The notes under the pieces were generated by a model. The model saw nothing but the letters and a program-made list of their open reading frames with translations, was not told the origin of the DNA and ran no database searches. Positions 26,405-35,935 of a stretch of DNA of 46,736 bases are shown here, in pieces. Location: sequence record MN158208.1; one strand, written 5' to 3'. The position numbers and the translations under genes are program-made. The stretch's first letter is position 1. Each line of letters opens with the position of its first letter. The DNA comes from Escherichia phage BEK6.

Positions 26405-28912
26405 TCATGCTCCGTAAGCAACGGAGCCATCTGCTTTTAACCATGAAGTTCCGTTGTACCACACAGGAATCCCAAGGTTGGTATCGAAAGTTGTGAAACC
26501 TACAGGCTGAAAAGCCCTTTTGGCTTTGATTTCGGCAGTTGTTCCATAGCTGTACTCTTTAAGCCTATGCGAAACCAAGTCAGAATTCCTGTTCCATAAG
26601 ATTTCATGCTCTTCAATCTTACCCCCAGAAGTTATTGAGTTAACCTGGTAGATACACCTAATCGTAGACATAGCACCAGAGTAATAATGTCCAAAAATAG
26701 AAATGAATCCAGTATCGTCCTGTATTTCATTTAACCACGGTTGAAAAACAGATCGAATATCACCCGTTGCTTCTGAAAGTGATAGCCTGAACTCAAAATC
26801 ACTCTTAACATTGTTTGATACACACCATGCGTTTACTGCATTAAAGGCTTCCAGTACCGTCATGGAAGGCTTCACATTTGAAAAGTAAAGGTACTTTGCA
26901 ATCTCAGAGCTACTATTAACAATGACATTGGAATCCTGAATGGTGCTGCTGAAATTCTTTACAGGAAAAAGAGATGCATTAACAACATTTAAAGCCCTTG
27001 TTAATGGATATGAAAGTCTTTCCAGCGTGTTTGTGTAATGATTTCCGGTTGTCGCGTCTACTATCCCAGCCCTGTATTTTATAAGATTAGGGTCCCATAT
27101 GGTTAAGTCAAAAAAGCAACCATCCATAAAACCAATGCCGTTTGATATCTTCACAACCTTTTGCATCATTGCGTGTGGTTGTGACTTGAGTCTGACTCTT
27201 ATGTCACCAATTCCACCTGCCACATTTCCACCAGACTTCGGCAAGCTATTGTCAACAAAATGATTCGTACTAAGCCACGCAACAAGATTCAAGTCCATTG
27301 ATGAAATAAAGTTTAACTTATTTGATCCAACGCTGATTGCGTGAGCGTTAGTAAAACCAGTTGACGAAACATCTATATCATTCCATATCAATACCTCTTG
27401 ATCTTTTGAGTTGCAGTCAATTGAGAATCCATAACCCTCATCATTAACTGGTGATGCTGCGGCCTCTTGCTTGATGGCTCCTTGCTTGTTGAATACGTAG
27501 AAATTACCAAAGAATGTTCGCTGGCTAAGTCTAGAGAAGTTTTGCGGCCCAGTATAGTAATTAGAACCCCTTAAAGTAAGAGCTACGCGCGAGTAACCGC
27601 CACCAGGTATGTCAACCTCAATTCTCATTCCATTAGCATTAAAGTTTGCTATAGGGTTTTTAAAGACAAATCCGTCAATGTCAGTTTTTATTAAAAAAAC
27701 AACATCTTCCGAAATGCTTACTTCCTTTAAACGTCCAATATCAATAGTCTTCGTACTAGAAATTAGATAAACACCAGATTTTACAACAAACCTGCCATCT
27801 GAAATCATAGCGTCAAAGCTAGAATCTACTGGCGTAGCTCCGGTATTATCTGCTCCGTAAGAAACTAAATCACCAATGAACCTTGATGTTGATTCCTCTT
27901 TTGAGTAAACATCAAGATTAGTTCTTGCTGCGGCTTTATCTTTAACGTCAGAGAAATTCAATGATTTTTGAAAAGTCTCATTTTTTGAATAAACATCAAG
28001 CAACCCCCTAACCCTTAAAGCAGAAGCTCCACCAGTAGCACCATCTCCACCAGGAACGCTTAGAAGTTCCCTTACATAAAAATTCCTAGAACCAGTAGCT
28101 CCAGTAAAGGTAATTTCCGCAACCCTAAAAGCTGCGTTTGAGGTTGTAGAAGGAGAAATTCTTACTACGTTACTTCCATTAATACCACTCGTTGCAAGAA
28201 CATCAATACAAATGGTGGTGTTTGTCGCCGGGAACATTGAACTTAAGTCTGCCGGAATGTTAACCATGTTGTCAATTCTGCACTGGTAACTACCACCTGA
28301 ATAAAATTGCATTGTCTGCCAATCAAGAGATGTTAAAAGTGGTGTTGTAGTACTTCCTATACCGTGTTCTGCAAAGTAAGCCACTGCGGCGGTATTCCCG
28401 GCTGCATTTATTACGGCAACGGTTCTCTTGTATGAGTTCTGTGCATTATTGCTAGCACCAACGGCAGTAGCGGCGCTCTCTGCGGCAGCAATCTGGCTAG
28501 CAAGAGCCTCAGCAGCTCCAGTGGTGGATTGTTTTGCAAGTTTCTCGAAGCGAGGCCAGTCGAAAGTGTCTTGACCAATAAATTGCAGCAATCCTTCGAT
28601 GGATGTCTCCTTTGACTGGTAGTATCGTAAAGTCTCCGCAACATCCTGAGCCAAACCCTGAACGGTAATACCATCGTGAGCAAGAATCGCATAACCCGTA
28701 CCGGCCGGAACTGTTTCAGAATTAGGATTGTAAACATTAATCTGCGTATCACTGATGATTTCAGAGATGGTGTAAATTTTTAGTGGGTTAGTTTTAAAAA
28801 TGATAGTGGCACCAACCCTGATCAGTGTAAGAGGTGCTTTCCATACTGTCCCCGCGCCAGTTACCTCGCCATTTGCGGCCAGCGAGGCGGTTCCTAAGTC
28901 ATAAATTGCCAT
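26405..28912 (-). CDS. putative tail fiber / tailspike-like protein
   Basis: 835-aa ORF rich in Gly/Ser/Thr/Asn; GC-richer 5' portion and AT-rich central/3' portion; GGAGA RBS; palindrome copy in the 5' leader. Confidence 0.5.
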   Translation of the reverse strand: MAIYDLGTASLAANGEVTGAGTVWKAPLTLIRVGATIIFKTNPLKIYTISEIISDTQINVYNPNSETVPAGTGYAILAHDGITVQGLAQDVAETLRYYQSKETSIEGLLQFIGQDTFDWPRFEKLAKQSTTGAAEALASQIAAAESAATAVGASNNAQNSYKRTVAVINAAGNTAAVAYFAEHGIGSTTTPLLTSLDWQTMQFYSGGSYQCRIDNMVNIPADLSSMFPATNTTICIDVLATSGINGSNVVRISPSTTSNAAFRVAEITFTGATGSRNFYVRELLSVPGGDGATGGASALRVRGLLDVYSKNETFQKSLNFSDVKDKAAARTNLDVYSKEESTSRFIGDLVSYGADNTGATPVDSSFDAMISDGRFVVKSGVYLISSTKTIDIGRLKEVSISEDVVFLIKTDIDGFVFKNPIANFNANGMRIEVDIPGGGYSRVALTLRGSNYYTGPQNFSRLSQRTFFGNFYVFNKQGAIKQEAAASPVNDEGYGFSIDCNSKDQEVLIWNDIDVSSTGFTNAHAISVGSNKLNFISSMDLNLVAWLSTNHFVDNSLPKSGGNVAGGIGDIRVRLKSQPHAMMQKVVKISNGIGFMDGCFFDLTIWDPNLIKYRAGIVDATTGNHYTNTLERLSYPLTRALNVVNASLFPVKNFSSTIQDSNVIVNSSSEIAKYLYFSNVKPSMTVLEAFNAVNAWCVSNNVKSDFEFRLSLSEATGDIRSVFQPWLNEIQDDTGFISIFGHYYSGAMSTIRCIYQVNSITSGGKIEEHEILWNRNSDLVSHRLKEYSYGTTAEIKAKRAFQPVGFTTFDTNLGIPVWYNGTSWLKADGSVAYGA

Positions 28913-28924
28913 TGTGTAGAGTCT

Positions 28925-28944
28925 CCATTTTGTAGAATAGCACG
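28925..28944 (-). promoter_or_regulatory. palindrome copy in the 5' leader of the 835-aa fiber-like gene
   Basis: Minus-strand reading TTAGCAATTCGTGCTATTC then TACAAAAT-GGAGA RBS; candidate extended -10 TGaTACAAT just upstream on the minus strand. Confidence 0.45.
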
Positions 28945-28968
28945 AATTGCTAAGTTGGATTGTATCAT

Positions 28969-28992
28969 CTTTCAGGCATAAAAAAACCTCCC
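28969..28992 (-). terminator. rho-independent terminator after the primase gene (minus strand)
   Basis: Minus-strand AACCTCC-ttcg-GGAGGTT followed by TTTTTTT. Confidence 0.6.
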
Positions 28993-29000
28993 GAAGGAGG

Positions 29001-29924
29001 TTAGTCTAGTAATTCGCTTGCCTTGTATATCCTCTTCCTTATGCCTGACTTAAAAAATTTATCATCATTTGGCATTACCACATCAAGATTGCGATCGTCA
29101 GCAACGGCGAGTAAATCAAAATCGTGGCGAGCACAAGCGACGCGTAACTTGTAGTTTCTAAGCGCGTAAGCAACCATTTCCATGTTGTAGCTGGAGTAGC
29201 AAACAAACACGCAGCGGTTGCCAGTAGCAATATGAACGCGAACACCATCAATCCAATTATCGACCAGATAAGCGTACTCATCACTTTTAAAGGCACCAAT
29301 AACAGCAATAGACTGGCGAGTGTAATCTTTTGCAGCATAACTAACATCTCCCTCTTCATTAATAAACATTACATTGCACATCTCATCGGACAATCCATCA
29401 CTATAGGCCATAAAACAAGGCACTGCGTGTATTAGTTCTCCTGATTTTGTCCTGCCGACATCAAAACCAAACTCGCTATAGATACCCTCGTATATACTTA
29501 GTGGAGTTGATTCTACTCTTTCCGTCCTTTCCATTATCTCTAAGCATCTTTCGTGGTCAATCTGAGCGCCCATTTTGTACAGCTGAGTCCTTGATGCTTG
29601 CTTGTTTGCCTTATTAACCACTTCTACAGGGATAAGGTTTAACCACTCACCGAGAACATCGACACATTCACTGAATGACTCCCCTCGCATCTTCTGAACC
29701 CAGACAATTCCATCTCCTGAGCCACACTGGTTGCAGATAATGCCACCATCACCTTCTTCGCTAACCTTGTTGGTCCATCGTGCTCGGTCTTTTCCTCCAC
29801 AATAAATACATGGCTGATGCTTTTTGGTCTGGAAGAATTTTGGGTCTGCGCCGCAAATGTTTATAAGCGCCTTATCCCACAGTCCGCGCATTCTTGGTAG
29901 AACCTCTTTCTTATCGTAGTGCAT
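29001..29924 (-). CDS. putative DNA primase (zinc-ribbon containing)
   Basis: CIYCGG...CNQCGSG paired CxxC zinc-ribbon near the N-terminus; divergent from the helicase gene; strong terminator downstream on the minus strand. Confidence 0.45.
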   Translation of the reverse strand: MHYDKKEVLPRMRGLWDKALINICGADPKFFQTKKHQPCIYCGGKDRARWTNKVSEEGDGGIICNQCGSGDGIVWVQKMRGESFSECVDVLGEWLNLIPVEVVNKANKQASRTQLYKMGAQIDHERCLEIMERTERVESTPLSIYEGIYSEFGFDVGRTKSGELIHAVPCFMAYSDGLSDEMCNVMFINEEGDVSYAAKDYTRQSIAVIGAFKSDEYAYLVDNWIDGVRVHIATGNRCVFVCYSSYNMEMVAYALRNYKLRVACARHDFDLLAVADDRNLDVVMPNDDKFFKSGIRKRIYKASELLD

Positions 29925-29982
29925 ATCAATCTATCTCTTAACAAATAAAAAAGGATGTACCGATTATGGCACATCCAATTAT

Positions 29983-30456
29983 TTACTCTTTAGCTTTTCG
30001 TGCTGCTTCGTTAGCGGCCTTAATTTTGCGCCAGGAGCGACACTCCGGCTTGGTGGCTAACTCAGCCTCAGTAACCACACGCAGCATGTGGCGTTTTTTG
30101 CATCGTAGAGTTAGCGGCTTTCCGTTGCCATCGAATTGTAGATCTGGTCGGCAGAATGTAGCTCGAAAACCTTCTCCGGTTCGTTTGTAGTAGTTGTGCG
30201 ACAACTGAGCGCCACGCGCAGAAATCATACCACGCTTAAACCATTCTTCTACAGCCTGTGGTGTTACCTTTAACTGCTTTGCGATATTAGCCTTTGTGCC
30301 AAAGAAATCAAGGAGCATCTCAAGACGTGCTCGTAGCCCGGCCCTTACTTCATCTTTTAAAACGTAGTAACCTGAGGGTCGTTTTCGCTGTTTTTTGTCT
30401 TCAGTGCGGACTGTTCCGTTGTTGCCGTTAATGGTTCGCTTGTCTACTTCATTCAT
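29983..30456 (-). CDS. putative HTH DNA-binding protein
   Basis: 157-aa basic protein with helix-turn-helix-like segment GTKANIAKQLKVTPQAVEEWFKRG; first gene of the minus-strand primase operon. Confidence 0.4.
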   Translation of the reverse strand: MNEVDKRTINGNNGTVRTEDKKQRKRPSGYYVLKDEVRAGLRARLEMLLDFFGTKANIAKQLKVTPQAVEEWFKRGMISARGAQLSHNYYKRTGEGFRATFCRPDLQFDGNGKPLTLRCKKRHMLRVVTEAELATKPECRSWRKIKAANEAARKAKE

Positions 30457-30466
30457 TTGTCACCTC

Positions 30467-30486
30467 AATAGCATTTATTGTTAAAA
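30467..30486 (+). promoter_or_regulatory. degenerate palindrome copy (AATAGCATTTATTGTTAAAA) in the primase/helicase divergent region
   Basis: TGgTATTAT extended -10-like element about 20 bp downstream, upstream of helicase ATG 30557. Confidence 0.4.
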
Positions 30487-30556
30487 GTCATCCTGATTTG
30501 ATGGTATTATTGTACTCAATTAAACGCTACAAGACAATTTTTATAGGAATTTAGAT

Positions 30557-32551
30557 ATGTTGCCTATCGAGAAGCTGGTTGCCAACTTTGATAAAGAAAG
30601 AATTAAACAGATTCAGAAAGATTACCAGTTTGGCGAGATAACCCCTTACGAGTTCCAGTGCGTTACATTTGACGCAATTGGGAAGGCTATTGGCAAGTAC
30701 GAAGCGCCATTTATCGCAGACCTTTCCGTATCGGCTGGTAAGACAATCATTCTCGCTATGATTGGGAAGCGTATGGAGCAGCTTGGCCTTCCTTATATGG
30801 TGCTTTCTCGCCAGTCAGAGATAATCAGTCAGAACTCAGAGGAGCTTCGTAATTTCGGAATCCGTAACAGCGTCTATTGCGCTGGTCTTAACGTTAAATC
30901 AGTTTACTACCCAACTATAGTGGCTAGTGAGGGTACAGCAGCCAATGGCTTGTTTAAGGGGCTTGGTGACTATGTTCCGGCTGTTATAGCCATCGACGAG
31001 TGTCACATGCTTGATCCTATGGATATCGTTGAAGCTGAGGAGAACGAAGAAACATTTGAGCAAATGAGCACAAAGAAAGGCGAGGTGGTTTTTAAGGATG
31101 GCGTAAACACCGGATTGCTTGGCACTGGTCGCGCGCAATACACGCTAATTATCACCGAGATGAAACGTCGTTGTCGTGAGAAGTATGGGCGTGAGCTTCG
31201 TATATTTGGCCTTACTGGTAGCCCTTATCGAAACAATGACCATATCGTCGTTAGCAATCCAAACATCCGTGGGTTCTGGCGAAAAACTGTGATTCAGGTT
31301 CCAACAAATTACCTTGTTGATTTGGGATTCGTGGTTCCTACTGTTTATGGCGAGGTTGGCGATTTAGGCTATGACCTTAGCGAGTTTGTTCCAGACGGTA
31401 GTGATGGCGTGAAAGACTTCAGCAAGAAAGAGATGGATGCAATGGCTGCAAAGATTCACGACAACCAAACCATGACACAAAAGATAATGCAGTTTGTCGT
31501 CAAAATACTGGAAACTCGTAACGCCGCATTGGTAACGTGTGCTGGTAAACTTCACTGCGAAGAAGCTGCTGCAGCGCTACCAGATGGATACCCTTATGCC
31601 ATCATCACCGACTCCACGGGAGAGAGGAAGCGCAGAGAGATTCTTGCTGATTGCCAGACAGGTAAGTACAAAATCATATTTCAGATTGGTTGTCTAACCA
31701 CGGGCGTAAACCAACCGCTGTGGGATACTAGCGTAATACTACGAAAGATTGGAAGCCTAACTCTTATGATTCAGCTTCTTGGCAGGGGAATGCGCAAACT
31801 TAAGAGAGCGCATATTGATGCTGGTTTTCATAAAGAAGATCATCTTGTGTTGGATTTTGCTGGCGCACTGGATGACATGGCTGAACTTTACTTTGACCCA
31901 ATTATTGAAGAGATTCAGGCCGAGAAGTTTAAGTCGTCAAGGAAGGGTGGCGACGAGGTTCGCAAGTGTCCGAAATGTGGATATGAGAACTCACCATTTG
32001 CAAGGCGCTGTGGTAATAAGATCGATGAAAAGCGCTGTGAGCACTTCTTTAGCTTCGCTTTATGTGAGGATATTACCGACCCTCAGACGAAAGCTGTTAT
32101 TAAGAAGGGTTGCGGAACTAAAAATGACATAGCGGCAAAGGTTTGCCGAGAGTGCGGAGAGATGCTTAAAGACCCGAATGCTAACCTGACTGGCAAGATG
32201 TATCGTCGTGGAGATTACCTGCGTGTTTATGATTTCCAGGTTGGTTTAAGCAAGGACCAAGCGGGCATTGTAGTTAAGTACAACATCATGGCTCATAACG
32301 GAGAGAGATTTAACGCTTGGGAGTTCTTTAATCCTGAATCTGACCATCGAGTTTGCAGAGTTCTATGGAAAAACTTCTGCCTGGCTCACATTGAGAATCG
32401 CACGGAAGCAGCAAGAATTGGCAGACTGAAGAATGCCAGAATGATTATGACTAACGTAGATAAGTTCCGTGCGCCAGTGCAGGTAACGCACCGCAAGAAT
32501 GGAAAAGGAAAGGACGTGATCGCTTTTAAGAATTTTGGAGAATTGTTATGA
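30557..32551 (+). CDS. SF2 DEAD/DEAH-box-type ATP-dependent helicase
   Basis: Motif I SVSAGKT, motif II DECH, C-terminal Cys clusters (CPKCGY...RRCGNK; CRECGEM) suggesting zinc ribbons. Confidence 0.8.
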   Translation: MLPIEKLVANFDKERIKQIQKDYQFGEITPYEFQCVTFDAIGKAIGKYEAPFIADLSVSAGKTIILAMIGKRMEQLGLPYMVLSRQSEIISQNSEELRNFGIRNSVYCAGLNVKSVYYPTIVASEGTAANGLFKGLGDYVPAVIAIDECHMLDPMDIVEAEENEETFEQMSTKKGEVVFKDGVNTGLLGTGRAQYTLIITEMKRRCREKYGRELRIFGLTGSPYRNNDHIVVSNPNIRGFWRKTVIQVPTNYLVDLGFVVPTVYGEVGDLGYDLSEFVPDGSDGVKDFSKKEMDAMAAKIHDNQTMTQKIMQFVVKILETRNAALVTCAGKLHCEEAAAALPDGYPYAIITDSTGERKRREILADCQTGKYKIIFQIGCLTTGVNQPLWDTSVILRKIGSLTLMIQLLGRGMRKLKRAHIDAGFHKEDHLVLDFAGALDDMAELYFDPIIEEIQAEKFKSSRKGGDEVRKCPKCGYENSPFARRCGNKIDEKRCEHFFSFALCEDITDPQTKAVIKKGCGTKNDIAAKVCRECGEMLKDPNANLTGKMYRRGDYLRVYDFQVGLSKDQAGIVVKYNIMAHNGERFNAWEFFNPESDHRVCRVLWKNFCLAHIENRTEAARIGRLKNARMIMTNVDKFRAPVQVTHRKNGKGKDVIAFKNFGELL

Positions 32552-32781
32552 ATGCACTAGGCTTTGCTATAAAAGAAATGATTGAGGAAAGGATAAGGAA
32601 AAGAAACCATGACATTCTAATGTCCGTCTCTGATAATGTTTTTGAACATATACTATACCACGGAGTAACGAGCGAGAATTCACATTGTGCAGGTATGGTG
32701 TACAACGGTATTTACTTTAGTGAGCATGAGATAATCTCAGCTTACTTTTCTAGAAATGAAGAAGCGGAGCCATTATTTTGA
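32548..32781 (+). CDS. hypothetical protein
   Basis: 77-aa ORF, ATGA overlap with the helicase stop, GGAG RBS. Confidence 0.4.
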   Translation: MNALGFAIKEMIEERIRKRNHDILMSVSDNVFEHILYHGVTSENSHCAGMVYNGIYFSEHEIISAYFSRNEEAEPLF

Positions 32782-33197
32782 ATATTACAGACAAAGGTGA
32801 TTACGTTGAGTTTTACCCAGGCCCAGTTAAGTCATGCCCTAAAGAGGACGACGAACAAATCTTTTGCTCTGACTGGGTTAAGTATAACTATCCAGAGATG
32901 GTATTTTTCCACTGCGTGAATGAGGGTAAGAAAACCATTGGCCAAGCAAGAAAGGATCAGTCTAAGGGGTTGCTTAAGGGTGTGTCAGACTGCATGTTTT
33001 TGATACCTGAATCGCTGCGAGGCAAATACCCTTTTGGCGCCATAGAGCTCAAGAGGGCAGGAAAAACTCAGGCTAGCCCAGTCAGTGTCGAACAGAAGTC
33101 TTTCCTTAAAAGCGTAAGAGAATCGGGCGGTTTCGCTGCTGTGGCATATGGGCGTGAGGGCTTTCTGGCAGCATTTGAAGAAATGATTTCAAAATAG
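32778..33197 (+). CDS. VRR-NUC domain nuclease
   Basis: VSDCMFLIP...GAIELKRAGK pattern (D...E.K) typical of VRR-NUC; TTG start with GGAG RBS; stop codon lies inside a palindrome copy. Confidence 0.6.
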   Translation: MNITDKGDYVEFYPGPVKSCPKEDDEQIFCSDWVKYNYPEMVFFHCVNEGKKTIGQARKDQSKGLLKGVSDCMFLIPESLRGKYPFGAIELKRAGKTQASPVSVEQKSFLKSVRESGGFAAVAYGREGFLAAFEEMISK

Positions 33198-33211
33198 CAC
33201 GAATTGCTAAA
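33192..33211 (+). promoter_or_regulatory. gene-boundary palindrome copy AAATAGCACGAATTGCTAAA
   Basis: Contains the TAG stop of the VRR-NUC gene; TATTAT at 33232-33237 (22-bp spacing); CATCGAAACGAAAC 33243-33256. Confidence 0.5.
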
Positions 33212-33275
33212 GACGAATCTGTGGGGTAGTGTATTATCACTTCATCGAAACGAAACATCAAAACAGGAATCGGAA

Positions 33276-33458
33276 ATGAAAAAGTTAACATCAAACACAA
33301 AATATGAAATTATTGACGGTGAAGCTATTATTTATGCTCGCGCGAAAGGATCAAATAAACTAACAGCCGCATTCAAATGCCACCCAGCGACAATTGATCT
33401 CATCAAAGAGTATGGATTCAAGTCGGCCATAAACAAGTCGTTATTATGCAAGGCTTAA
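33276..33458 (+). CDS. hypothetical protein
   Basis: 60-aa ORF downstream of palindrome/TATTAT/CATCGAAACGAAAC module; track ORF 33204 start would include the leader. Confidence 0.4.
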   Translation: MKKLTSNTKYEIIDGEAIIYARAKGSNKLTAAFKCHPATIDLIKEYGFKSAINKSLLCKA

Positions 33459-33525
33459 CGCTTTGGGTAAAAATATAAACAATGACACACAATACTATAA
33501 GTGGGATCGCGTAAAATATTTATCA

Positions 33526-33545
33526 AAATAGCACGAATTGCTAAA
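33526..33545 (+). promoter_or_regulatory. gene-boundary palindrome copy AAATAGCACGAATTGCTAAA
   Basis: TATAGT at 33566-33571 (22-bp spacing) inside hairpin GGAGTAtagtTACTCC; leader CATCGAAACTAAAC. Confidence 0.5.
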
Positions 33546-33607
33546 GATGATTTTAAAAGATGGAGTATAGTTACTCCATCGAAACTAAACTCAGAGAGAG
33601 AAACAAA

Positions 33608-33802
33608 ATGAATACCATATATACTGCTAAATTCTACGAGTCGCGTAAAACTGGTTACGAGTATGAATTAGTAATTACAGGTGACGGTTATTTTCTTGAT
33701 GATGGTGAGGGATACTCATTCGAAGTTAGCCCGACCTACAAAGATGATCTGGAAGTCGTTAAAAACGCATTCGGCGAAAAATTTGATGAGGTATCAGAAT
33801 AA
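33608..33802 (+). CDS. hypothetical protein
   Basis: 64-aa ORF downstream of palindrome/TATAGT/CATCGAAACTAAAC module. Confidence 0.4.
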   Translation: MNTIYTAKFYESRKTGYEYELVITGDGYFLDDGEGYSFEVSPTYKDDLEVVKNAFGEKFDEVSE

Positions 33803-34023
33803 TGGCAATTTTTACATTTGAGAATCAATGGGAAGTATTTAAGTTAATGGCGGTTCAGGAACTCAAGAAATCTGGATATAAAAAAAACCCGTGGGACTTA
33901 GCATTTTGCCTGGACATGAGTTTTGAGGAGGACTACCTGAACACTGATGTTGAAAAATGGCGCGACCGCATGGTTGCTGATATCGAAGAAATGAAAAAAG
34001 ATTGCCCGGAGGATTTTGAATAA
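33802..34023 (+). CDS. hypothetical acidic protein
   Basis: 73-aa ORF, TAATG overlap with the upstream gene. Confidence 0.4.
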   Translation: MAIFTFENQWEVFKLMAVQELKKSGYKKNPWDLAFCLDMSFEEDYLNTDVEKWRDRMVADIEEMKKDCPEDFE

Positions 34024-34148
34024 TGAAAATTGTAGACAAAGAGATGTTTGAAATTGCGCAATCTTACGCAAATGACGCATTTAACACTGGCTCAGAATAT
34101 TGCTGGATGTGTGCTAAAGAATACCTAAAAATGGCTTACGGCTTATGA
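34023..34148 (+). CDS. hypothetical small protein
   Basis: 41-codon ORF (below track cutoff) with TAATG and ATGA overlaps to its neighbours. Confidence 0.3.
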   Translation: MKIVDKEMFEIAQSYANDAFNTGSEYCWMCAKEYLKMAYGL

Positions 34149-34393
34149 TAGTTGAAACAGGACGCGCCGCAGTGTGGGCGCATTGTGGAGAGGCGGGATT
34201 GCAAGATGATATTAAACAGATATCTCGCTTCTTTGACATAAAAGATATAAGCGTTGTTTTCAATGGTAAATTCTCTTACATGGATGATCGACCAAGAAAA
34301 TACGTAAGAGTTAAACCAGGTGTCAGGATTGATGTTAATGAGTTCCTCAAAGCTGAGGGATACAAGTTTAAGATAACGAAGCCTAAGGATTGA
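34145..34393 (+). CDS. hypothetical protein
   Basis: 82-aa ORF translationally coupled to neighbours. Confidence 0.4.
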   Translation: MIVETGRAAVWAHCGEAGLQDDIKQISRFFDIKDISVVFNGKFSYMDDRPRKYVRVKPGVRIDVNEFLKAEGYKFKITKPKD

Positions 34394-34395
34394 GT

Positions 34396-34647
34396 ATGTT
34401 GGGTTTGGATTTTCAGCCAGAGCATTACGATTTAGTGTATGGACAAAGTGGAAATAAGTTTAGGGCGATACCTATTTCTGACTGGTTTCCTCCAGATTAT
34501 GTGGATGTGAACGCAAAAACTAAAGACGGAAAGTGGGTGCAGATTTACTACTCTCCAGCATGCGGAAAACTTTGCATGACTGACCTTGGCCAGAAGTTAA
34601 CAATTAGTGATGATTTGATTGACTACTGGTTAAAAGAAGTTGAATGA
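34396..34647 (+). CDS. hypothetical protein
   Basis: ATG 34396 with AAGGA RBS (track opens at TTG 34390). Confidence 0.4.
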   Translation: MLGLDFQPEHYDLVYGQSGNKFRAIPISDWFPPDYVDVNAKTKDGKWVQIYYSPACGKLCMTDLGQKLTISDDLIDYWLKEVE

Positions 34648-34730
34648 GAGCTCTAACACTAGTAGCATTAGTCCCACTGTTTAGCTTTACTATCTTATAC
34701 TTTATCGTAATGAATTAAGGAACTTATATA

Positions 34731-35861
34731 ATGGCAACTGCAAAGATTAGCAACGAACAGCTTCGCGAAGAACTTGAAAATGGCATGACCAACAAGGCAA
34801 TCGCAGAGAAGTACGGAATGAACATTCGCAACGTTGAATTACGTCGTAGTAAATTGGCTAAGAGTGGAGAATTGCACGGAAATCCGGGTGTCAAGAGGCT
34901 AGTTCCTGACGGTTATATGGTTAAAGGAACTTCAACGATGATTGACGCTAGAGGTAACGAAAAGCTGCGCTGGGTTAAAACATCTGTAGATAATGAGCGC
35001 CTTGAGGTTTTAATGGAGAAAGCTCGAGAAGCATTCTGCTCTGATTTGCCAAAGGCAGATTCGGTAATCCACTCAGGCAATGAGGTCAATTCTGAATTAA
35101 TGACTCTTTACCCGATTTTCGATATCCATATCGGCATGATGGCTCATCGACATGAGTCTGGTGAAAATTATGACACCAATACCGCAGAGAAATTAATGGA
35201 ATCATATTTCGATCATGCAATTTCTGTATCGCCAGCCTCAGAGAAAGCCGTGATTTTAGTTGGTGGCGACTTCCTTCACTCTGACGGACTGGAAGCGGTA
35301 ACTCCAGCAAGCGGACACTGCCTTGATCAAGATAGCCGATATGCTAAGTTAGTTTATGTTGCTATTCGCTCAATTCGTGGCGCCGTAGAGAAGATGCTTA
35401 AGAAGCATAAGAATGTAGAGATTCAGATTATAGAGGGAAATCATGACCAAAGTGGTATGATTTGGCTTCGTGCGGCAATGGCTGCATTTTATGAAAATGA
35501 GAATCGGGTTTTTGTTGATACCAGTCCGGCAATCATGCACAAAACACGATTTGGCTCAACACTACTTGGTTACACGCACGGTCACACGATGAAGAAAGCC
35601 GAGGGTCGACTCGCAGCAATGGCGACAGACTACCGCAAAGACTTTGGTGAATGTGAGTTTGTTTACTGCCATTCCGGGCATTTTCACCACGCAACTGTCA
35701 CAGAGTGCACGCTTGGTATTGATGAAGTGCACCCTGCACTTGCTAGCAAGGACGCATATGCGGCGAGGGGAGGATGGCGATCATACCGCCAAGCGGCTGC
35801 AATTGTTTACCACAAGAATTTTGGCGAGGTTGGTCGACACATTTATCGCCCTGGTATGTAA
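34731..35861 (+). CDS. metallophosphoesterase (calcineurin-like) with N-terminal HTH-like domain
   Basis: Phosphoesterase motifs DIHIG, GGDFLH, GNHDQ, GHTHG, HSGHFHH; N-terminal ~60 aa resemble a helix-turn-helix (MTNKAIAEKYGMNIRNVELRRSK). Confidence 0.65.
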   Translation: MATAKISNEQLREELENGMTNKAIAEKYGMNIRNVELRRSKLAKSGELHGNPGVKRLVPDGYMVKGTSTMIDARGNEKLRWVKTSVDNERLEVLMEKAREAFCSDLPKADSVIHSGNEVNSELMTLYPIFDIHIGMMAHRHESGENYDTNTAEKLMESYFDHAISVSPASEKAVILVGGDFLHSDGLEAVTPASGHCLDQDSRYAKLVYVAIRSIRGAVEKMLKKHKNVEIQIIEGNHDQSGMIWLRAAMAAFYENENRVFVDTSPAIMHKTRFGSTLLGYTHGHTMKKAEGRLAAMATDYRKDFGECEFVYCHSGHFHHATVTECTLGIDEVHPALASKDAYAARGGWRSYRQAAAIVYHKNFGEVGRHIYRPGM

Positions 35862-35879
35862 ATAGCACTTTTTGCCTAA
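35860..35879 (+). promoter_or_regulatory. degenerate palindrome copy (AAATAGCACTTTTTGCCTAA)
   Basis: Overlaps stop of the phosphoesterase gene; hairpin TGCCGtagaaatGCGGCA and CATAAT at 35900-35905. Confidence 0.4.
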
Positions 35880-35935
35880 CCTATGCCGTAGAAATGCGGC
35901 ATAATTGCCATATCAAAACAAACGAGGATTCAATC

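Noticed and set aside
28411-28752. 113-aa plus-strand ORF inside the fiber-like gene
   Set aside because: Arg/Leu-rich shadow ORF antisense to the 835-aa gene.
30476-30512. Treating the palindrome right arm TTG(C/T)TA as the -35 box of sigma70 promoters
   Set aside because: Spacing to the -10-like hexamer is consistently about 22 bp rather than 16-18 bp, so a simple -35/-10 pairing is unlikely; retained as operator/activator site hypothesis instead.
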